DNA of 64,000 nt from the NCBI RefSeq assembly GCF_001194135.2, contig NC_068986.1:1632175-1696174 (forward strand), written 5' to 3'. Shown in pieces: positions 62,311 to 64,000 of the stretch. The notes under the pieces were generated by a model. That model saw only the letters and a program-made list of their open reading frames with translations. It had not been told where the DNA came from and did not search any database. The number at the start of each line of letters is the position of its first letter. The stretch's first letter is position 1. The translations under genes and the position numbers were made by a program. This DNA comes from Octopus bimaculoides. Its lineage: Eukaryota.

Positions 62311-62554
62311 CAATGCATGTTTCTAAACAGGTGTGCTGGGAAAGTACGTGAGTAGTGAGAATGTATGTGTATAGGGAGGAATGTGTATGCATGTGTGCAC
62401 ATATGTCTATATGCATGAATGCACAAGTGTAAATGAACGTTAGTGTATGAGTGCATAAATGTGCATGTATACACATGCACACAAACATGTATTTATACAT
62501 GTATGAATGCATAAACTATACATTAAGTGTATGCATAAGTGCAAAACTGCATAT

Positions 62555-63210
62555 ATCATCATCATCATCATCATCATTTAACGTCTGTCGTCCATGTTGG
62601 CGTGGCTTGGACAGTTTGACCAGGGCTGGCAAGCTGGGAGGCTGCACCAGACTCCAGTCTGATTTGGCAGGGTTTCTATGGCTGGATGCCCTTCATAACG
62701 CCAACCACTCCAAGAGTGTAATAGGTGCTTTTACGTGCTACCAGCATGGATGCCATTTGTGTAGCACTGGTATCTGCTATGACTCAGATTTTGCTTGGCT
62801 TGATGGGTCTTCTTCTCAAGCCCAAAATAATGCCAAAGGCAGCAAGCCGGCACAAATGTTAGCACGCCGGGCGAAATGCTTAGTGGTATTTCGTTTGCCG
62901 TTACGTTCTGAGTTCAAATTCCGCCGAGGTCGACTTTACCTTTCATCCTTTCTGGGTCGATTAAATAAGTACCAGTTAAGCACTGGGGTCGATGTAATCG
63001 ACTTAATCCCTTTCTCTGTCCTTGTTTGTCCCCTCTATGTTTAGCCCCGTGTGGGCAATAAAGAAATAACAAAGGTCTCAGTCATTGCTTTCATGAGGGC
63101 CAACACTCAAAAGGAACTCAGCCATTTTGCCTTCATTGGGTCCAACACCCAAAAAGGAACTTGCCTTCGTGGGGCCCATTGCTTGAAAGGAACTCAGCCA
63201 CTTGGCCCGC
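62555..63210 (-). mobile_element. Long family B element interrupted by SINE D
   Basis: (cat)n, the B core reversed, and modules homologous to 10423-10830. Resumes after the D insertion with aaaggtctcagtcattgc. Confidence 0.8.
62840..63068 (+). mobile_element. SINE family D, young, third tail type
   Basis: CpG-rich head gcacgccgggcgaaatgc...ccgccgaggtcgac. Tail cttgtttgtcccctctatgtttagcccc...gggcaataaagaaata. Possible TSD caaagg. Confidence 0.88.
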
Positions 63211-63639
63211 AATAAATCTTCTGTCTTAAACTGTTGAGTTTATATAGTGCAAGCATAAACACTTGTGTGTGTGTGTATGAGTGCACAAGCATGTATGTGT
63301 GTGTTTGAGTGAGTAAGTATATATATATATATGCATGTGCATAAGACAGCTATAATATATCATAAATGTTTATAGTATTTCAGACTGAGATAATTTTCTG
63401 ACATATTAGAATTTCAGATTGTCATTTCTACTGAAGAAGAATTCATAAAAATAGTGGAAATAAATTCATTTCATGGCATTAATCTCCAGTTGGATGGTGT
63501 AAATCTGGTGTTCTTCATTCTTGCAGGCAGAAGAACTCAGGCTTAAGATTTATTGCTGCTTCATGGAAATATTGCAACTTGGAGCATGAATGTATTAGAG
63601 TGTTTAGAAGAATTAAGACTAATGTCTGCATATAAGGAT

Positions 63640-64000
63640 ATAATGTCTGTATATATATATATATATATGATATATATAATGCACACACACACACACACAC
63701 ACACATATATAGATATACATATATATACATATATATATATACATATATACATATATATATACATATATATATACATATATATATACATATATACATATAT
63801 ATATACATATATACATATATACATATATATATACATATATACATATATATATACATATATACATATATATATACATATATATATACATATATACATACAT
63901 ATATACATATATACATATATATATACATATATACATATATATATACATATATATATACGTATATATATACATATACATATACATATATATATACATATAT
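63640..64000. repeat. (TA)n/(CA)n/(ATATAC)n compound microsatellite
   Basis: Directly visible. Runs to the window end. Confidence 0.95.

Overview
This is AT-rich, microsatellite-dense eukaryotic genomic DNA from a draft assembly with 8 N-gaps, all in or beside simple repeats or SINEs. The repeat families match what I recall for Octopus, but that attribution comes from memory, not a search. Most ORFs in the supplied track are microsatellite read-throughs. The window is dominated by interspersed repeats, which I label with working names: three tRNA-headed SINE families (composite A/C, D, H), a (GAT)n-tailed family B and an unclassified family E. It also holds non-autonomous DNA elements (piggyBac-like and hAT-like MITEs, a Helentron/HINE, a mini-mariner, a pogo-like end) and decayed coding relics: two RTE LINE 3' ends, a mariner N-terminus, a maT-type transposase C-terminus and a Penelope/Neptune GIY-YIG endonuclease. 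Two RNA-type relics stand out: a tRNA-His(GUG) pseudogene joined to a SINE 3' tail, and a minimal type I hammerhead ribozyme fold with a G12A lesion. I found no intact transposon ORF, CRISPR array, rRNA or prokaryotic feature. I cannot name a host gene. Several short candidate exons (the best is 24899-24999, +) are phase-compatible, but they were picked by eye and are low confidence. Repeat boundaries are approximate (about +/-10-20 nt) unless a TIR or TSD is quoted.
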